From Bacteroidota bacterium (lineage in GTDB: Bacteria; Bacteroidota; Bacteroidia; Flavobacteriales_D; Crocinitomicaceae): a stretch of 64,000 bases of DNA. Shown piece after piece: positions 60,997 through 64,000 of this stretch. The DNA lies in NCBI GenBank assembly GCA_024280155.1, contig JAJRQQ010000025.1, positions 8,090 through 72,089 of the forward strand, given 5' to 3'. The first letter of the stretch is position 1, and the number at the start of each line of letters is the position of its first letter. The notes under the pieces are model-generated. The model searched no databases. It was given only the letters and a program-made list of their open reading frames with translations, and was not told the origin of the DNA. Made by a program: the position numbers and the translations under genes.

Positions 60997-61605
60997 TTAT
61001 TTTTTTAATGCTGTTATCAAATTACGAGCCAATGGACCTTCGCAGAATATGGCATCGAGAATAGATAGACTTTTTTTGTAATGATTTTCTCCAGGAAAGA
61101 CTTGAATATATGGAGAAGGTTCAATGTTTTGAAAATTATTTTTTCCGACCAAATTCATTCGATAATCATTTTCTTTTATGGAATGAAATTCTTTCGTTGT
61201 ATCAATTTCAATGCTTAAATCCAACCAAGAAAGAATGCGTTTTGTGATGTTTATTTGATAATTCAGAAAATTAAGTTCATCATTCATCAAAATTTCTTTC
61301 ACTTCTATACCATAATAATCGAAGAATGGGGCTGAGTGGTAAGCACTATTAATTGCTCTCCAGTGTCTAATTCTCCAATTCTCATCGTTTGAAAGTTCTA
61401 TATCTTCTGTAGCTGTTTTAGAGCCATTCTTTTTCTTTGTAGGAATTGAAAGGGATAGAATTCCATCACTGCTAACGATATCGCAACGATTACGGTAAGT
61501 CTGTTTTGGAAAATGTTCCTTTGCTTCAATCAAAATAGCATCGTGTTTCACCATTTCTTGAAAATAGGCAATGCTACCAAAATAAGCAATAGGAAAAATT
61601 GTCAT
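60997..61605 (-). CDS. WbqC family protein
   Basis: PIAYFGSIAYF and KQTYRNRCDI, characteristic of WbqC-like proteins. Confidence 0.7.
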   Translation of the reverse strand: MTIFPIAYFGSIAYFQEMVKHDAILIEAKEHFPKQTYRNRCDIVSSDGILSLSIPTKKKNGSKTATEDIELSNDENWRIRHWRAINSAYHSAPFFDYYGIEVKEILMNDELNFLNYQINITKRILSWLDLSIEIDTTKEFHSIKENDYRMNLVGKNNFQNIEPSPYIQVFPGENHYKKSLSILDAIFCEGPLARNLITALKK

Positions 61606-63533
61606 TATTTAATCATGTTAAATAACCTATCCCAACGGACACCTTTGTACGGACTTTTTGAGAACCAAACCATAGAAGCTTTTCCTACAATATGATCTTC
61701 AGGGACAAATCCCCAATCACGTGAATCAGCAGAATTATAACGATTATCTCCCATCATCCAGTAATAATTCAGTGCAAAAGTATAAGAATCTGTTTTCTTT
61801 CCGTCAATGTAGATGCCGTCTTCTTTTTCACTTAAAGAATGTCCTTCATAAGCCGAAATAATTCTTCTGAACCAAGGAATGTTATCTTTCGTAAGTTCAA
61901 TTGTCTGACCTTTGTAAGGGATTTGAAAACGTGTAAAATCTGTCATTGTATTGTTGACGCTTACATCTTTCGGGAAAACATGTAAATTAGCAATCTTCTC
62001 AGTATTTGTAGGTTTGTAACCTTCGGTGTCAGCGTACTGAGGGTTCAAATTAACAGTGAAGGTTGCATCAGGATTATCCTTCTTCAGTAATTCAATTTGA
62101 TGTTTTGTCAATTGCATGATGTAAGCACCTGTTTCTGGAATCAGACGGTAATCCCACCGTGGAAAATGGTAATTTGGTCCATAAGTGTATGCTTCTAAAC
62201 CATATTTAGCGTCCATTTCTTTAATGCTCAGTATCTTAACATTCGTAACTGTGTATTCAATATTTTGAAACTCTGAAACGTAAGCAGGTTTATCATTGAT
62301 GTAGAGAATTGAAGATTTAACTTCGACCCAATCCTTATAAATTCCAACACATCTTTTAATGTAATTTTCTCTTTTATCAACAGGTCTATAGATTACACCA
62401 TAATGGTCAATCATTGTACCTGTAGATCGTTCAAAAGCTTTTTTATCAACTGCCAATAGGTGTCGTGCTTTATCCTTCCAGATTTCCAGATTTGCAATGT
62501 ATTTTCCATAGATAAAATCTTGTGCTTTTTCATTCGCTAATGTCAAAGGCAATCGCTCATTCTCAGGCAAAGAAAGATTCACTTTATTAATACTATCTGT
62601 ATAGAATTTATTTGCTCTTTGGAAATCACTTCTTGTTTTTGTAGAATTTTCGAACAAGCGTTGTGCTTCATTGAGAACAATTCCATGATAATCATGTCCC
62701 ATCAAACCATTTGGCATTCTAGGATCGTAAACGGCCGTATCTCCAGAAGGATAATTGAAAACGACAACATCATTTCTATTCACCTTTGAAAATCCAGGTA
62801 AACGTTGGTAGTTTAGTTTTTCTAATCCAACATAAGACTTTACATCCACCCATGGGATGGTGTTGTGTACAAGTGGATAAGATAGAGGTGTTACAGGAAC
62901 TTTAGGTCCATAAGCTAATTTATTTACAAATAAGAAATCACCGACCAATAATGTTTTTTCCATTGATCCTGTGGGAATTTGGAACGGTTCAAAAACATAT
63001 GTTCTGATAATACTTGCTGCAATTAATGCAAACATCAATGAGTCACCCCATTCTTTTACTTTTGTTTTTTCTCCAGGTTTATGTCGAGTAACAGCGCTAA
63101 TTCCAAGTGCTAAAACATGACCTATAACAGGCAACGTTAAGAATAATGCTAAATGATCTCCCCATTCTCTTTCTCCAATATCTTTACTGTTTGCCCAATT
63201 GGTTGGTGGTAAAATATCTTGTTCAGATTTTGCAATTTTCGCCATAATGATATACGGGAAGAAAATTCCTTGTAAAGTGTCTACTAGAGAATAGTAGCCG
63301 AAACGTCGAATGTAAGAAGTGTTTGCAATCGACCACATTGCGATGTGAACACCAGGGAAGATAAGTAAAAGTGACCACCATGGTTTTTTTGAACCAATTT
63401 TAAAAACGATGAAATAATTGTATCCAGGGATTAATGCTTCCCAAGATTTATAACCTGCTTGCGGAAAACTTTTCCACCATAAAGCAAGATAGGGGTGAAC
63501 TAATAAGATAAGGTAGAAATATAAAATGTTCAT
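61605..63533 (-). CDS. lepB: signal peptidase I (long Bacteroidota form)
   Basis: Catalytic GSMEKTLLVGDFLFVNK (Ser) and YIKRCVG (Lys), plus GDNRYNSADSRDWGFVP. The N-terminal multi-TM extension is typical of flavobacterial LepB. Confidence 0.92.
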   Translation of the reverse strand: MNILYFYLILLVHPYLALWWKSFPQAGYKSWEALIPGYNYFIVFKIGSKKPWWSLLLIFPGVHIAMWSIANTSYIRRFGYYSLVDTLQGIFFPYIIMAKIAKSEQDILPPTNWANSKDIGEREWGDHLALFLTLPVIGHVLALGISAVTRHKPGEKTKVKEWGDSLMFALIAASIIRTYVFEPFQIPTGSMEKTLLVGDFLFVNKLAYGPKVPVTPLSYPLVHNTIPWVDVKSYVGLEKLNYQRLPGFSKVNRNDVVVFNYPSGDTAVYDPRMPNGLMGHDYHGIVLNEAQRLFENSTKTRSDFQRANKFYTDSINKVNLSLPENERLPLTLANEKAQDFIYGKYIANLEIWKDKARHLLAVDKKAFERSTGTMIDHYGVIYRPVDKRENYIKRCVGIYKDWVEVKSSILYINDKPAYVSEFQNIEYTVTNVKILSIKEMDAKYGLEAYTYGPNYHFPRWDYRLIPETGAYIMQLTKHQIELLKKDNPDATFTVNLNPQYADTEGYKPTNTEKIANLHVFPKDVSVNNTMTDFTRFQIPYKGQTIELTKDNIPWFRRIISAYEGHSLSEKEDGIYIDGKKTDSYTFALNYYWMMGDNRYNSADSRDWGFVPEDHIVGKASMVWFSKSPYKGVRWDRLFNMIK

Positions 63534-64000
63534 ATTGTTTTAATTTTTATGACATCTTTCATTGTGAAAATGCCTTTTTTATTTTGCACCCATTCAGCGG
63601 CAACAATAGCCCCTAAAGCAAAACCTTTTCGTGAATGTGCAGTATGTGTAATTTCGATAGTGTCTATTTCTGAAGAGTATTGAACGTTGTGAGTTCCCGG
63701 AACCCCTTCTTTTCTATGAGAAATAACTCCAAATTGACTTTTAGCCGTTGTTGGAAGAGAATTCTCTTGGTGTATCCATGAATTTAAATTTTCATTCATC
63801 GAGAGAATGTCATTTGCTAAACTTTGTGCAGTACCACTCGGAGCATCAAGTTTTTGTAAGTGGTGGGTTTCGTCTATACGTAAATCGTATTCTCGATGTG
63901 GAGCCATTAATTCAGCTAGTTTTTTATTCAATTCAAAGAATATATTCACACCAAGACTAAAATTCGAAGAATAGAGTAAGGTACCTTCTTTTTCAATTAC
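63530..64000 (-). CDS. dapB: 4-hydroxy-tetrahydrodipicolinate reductase, C-terminal part (gene runs off the window)
   Basis: HHLQKLDAPSGTA and SRKGFALGAIVAAEW. The frame stays open to position 64000 (VIEKEGTLLYSSNFSLGVNIFF...). Confidence 0.9.
   Translation of the reverse strand, partial: VIEKEGTLLYSSNFSLGVNIFFELNKKLAELMAPHREYDLRIDETHHLQKLDAPSGTAQSLANDILSMNENLNSWIHQENSLPTTAKSQFGVISHRKEGVPGTHNVQYSSEIDTIEITHTAHSRKGFALGAIVAAEWVQNKKGIFTMKDVIKIKTI

Noticed and set aside
61605-63533. N-terminal multi-TM extension of LepB as a novel fusion
   Set aside because: The WW/KxW-containing membrane module before the catalytic domain is, to my knowledge, the normal architecture of flavobacterial signal peptidase I.
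1-64000. Stop-codon reassignment or programmed readthrough as the explanation for the in-frame TAG/TAA codons
   Set aside because: TAG, TAA and TGA all terminate well-defined genes here. For example, TAG ends the 837-3206 gene and also the same ABC-F gene at 12157-12159. Only three in-frame stops occur, each explicable by a single substitution.
1-64000. CRISPR arrays, rRNA/tRNA genes, IS elements, integrases, prophage or defence islands
   Set aside because: I saw no short regularly spaced repeats, no tRNA T-arm/acceptor signatures, no transposase/integrase/recombinase-like ORFs, and no nuclease-ATPase-methylase clusters. The only repeats are those listed.

Overview
Visibly AT-rich, gene-dense chromosomal DNA. 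Its content points to a Bacteroidota, Flavobacteriia-like organism. The evidence is T9SS type A and type B C-terminal sorting domains, SBBP/PKD adhesins, a TonB-dependent receptor, S46 and S9 peptidases, rsfS-ftsH-cdsA-psd and wbqC-lepB-dapB gene strings, and a TAnnTTTG-type promoter box. I count about 60 protein genes, most of them ordinary housekeeping genes: ftsH, htpG, pyrE, birA, hemE, ung, psd, cdsA, ruvX, lepB, dapB (partial at the right edge), a ferredoxin and an F6P aldolase/transaldolase. I found no rRNA, tRNA, CRISPR array, transposase, integrase or recognisable defence or toxin module, and I cannot honestly point to a clear new multi-gene system. Five things stand out. (1) Conserved genes are interrupted at unusually high density. 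At least five single-base frameshifts each sit in an A/T run and are repaired by adding one base. Three in-frame stop codons (one TAG, two TAA) lie inside ABC-F, OmpA-family and DEAD-box genes. Assembly error is the leading explanation and needs read-level checking. (2) An ECF sigma factor heads a minus-strand string that runs through a membrane-anchored protein with a beta-barrel-like C-terminus into two large SBBP adhesins, one with a type B and one with a type A T9SS signal. (3) An 806 bp gene-free divergent spacer carries a duplicated ~55 nt unit (34 nt identical core) and a relatively GC-rich, strongly self-complementary island. (4) A 336 bp convergent spacer after the VIT transporter gene holds a possible small RNA. 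(5) An arsR-DUF6428-arsC-aquaporin operon has no ArsB/Acr3 pump, and two of its proteins end in vicinal Cys pairs. Family names are recalled from motifs, not from searches.
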